A DNA stretch of 64,000 bases, from NCBI RefSeq assembly GCF_001194135.2, contig NC_068999.1:7911207-7975206 (forward strand), given 5' to 3'. A program made the translations under genes and the position numbers. This document shows positions 63,819 through 64,000 of this stretch, in pieces. Position 1 is the stretch's first letter, and every line of letters starts with the position of its first letter. The stretch comes from Octopus bimaculoides (taxonomy: Eukaryota). The notes under the pieces were generated by a model. That model made no database searches. It had not been told where the DNA came from and saw only the letters and a program-made list of their open reading frames with translations.

Positions 63819-64000
63819 GACACACATATACATATATGTGTGCATGTGCGTGTGTGTATGTTTAAGAAGTAAAACAGTAATAAAAAAAAAGCAGGCGAAT
63901 AAAATAAATGGCGTGAATGAAAACCACATTTTTCTGAAGCAAATTCACGTGAAATATCACCGACTGTACATTGTTTTGTGGATATAGACATACATTTAAC

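Overview
AT-rich, intron-like eukaryotic DNA with heavy microsatellite load and about 20 N gaps, most flanked by (TA)n. The SINE families and repeat load look like an octopus genome (recognition, not proven). Only one host coding exon is supportable: the first coding exon (27950-28258, +) of a class A (rhodopsin-like) peptide GPCR, covering the N-terminus, TM1 and TM2 and ending at a GT donor. No later exon was found in the remaining 35.7 kb. The rest is mobile DNA: at least four tRNA-derived SINE families, a decayed Chapaev3-like transposase, several Tc1/mariner derivatives (one nested, one made of two 5' halves), MITEs, a LINE 3' fragment and Penelope-like (PLE) fragments. The most striking signal is a dense set of type I hammerhead ribozyme motifs: 12 copies in 6 unrelated sequence families, mostly in PLE pseudo-LTR-like fragments and often in partial inverted repeats next to (TA)n. 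They include a fully canonical copy whose stem II covaries with a second copy (43589-43664 vs 19471-19546). Three families carry core variants: U4C, A6U, and a G3-C8 swapped core (GUGAACA, two copies). All folds were done by eye and none is shown to cleave. Most ORFs in the supplied track are microsatellite or N-gap artefacts.
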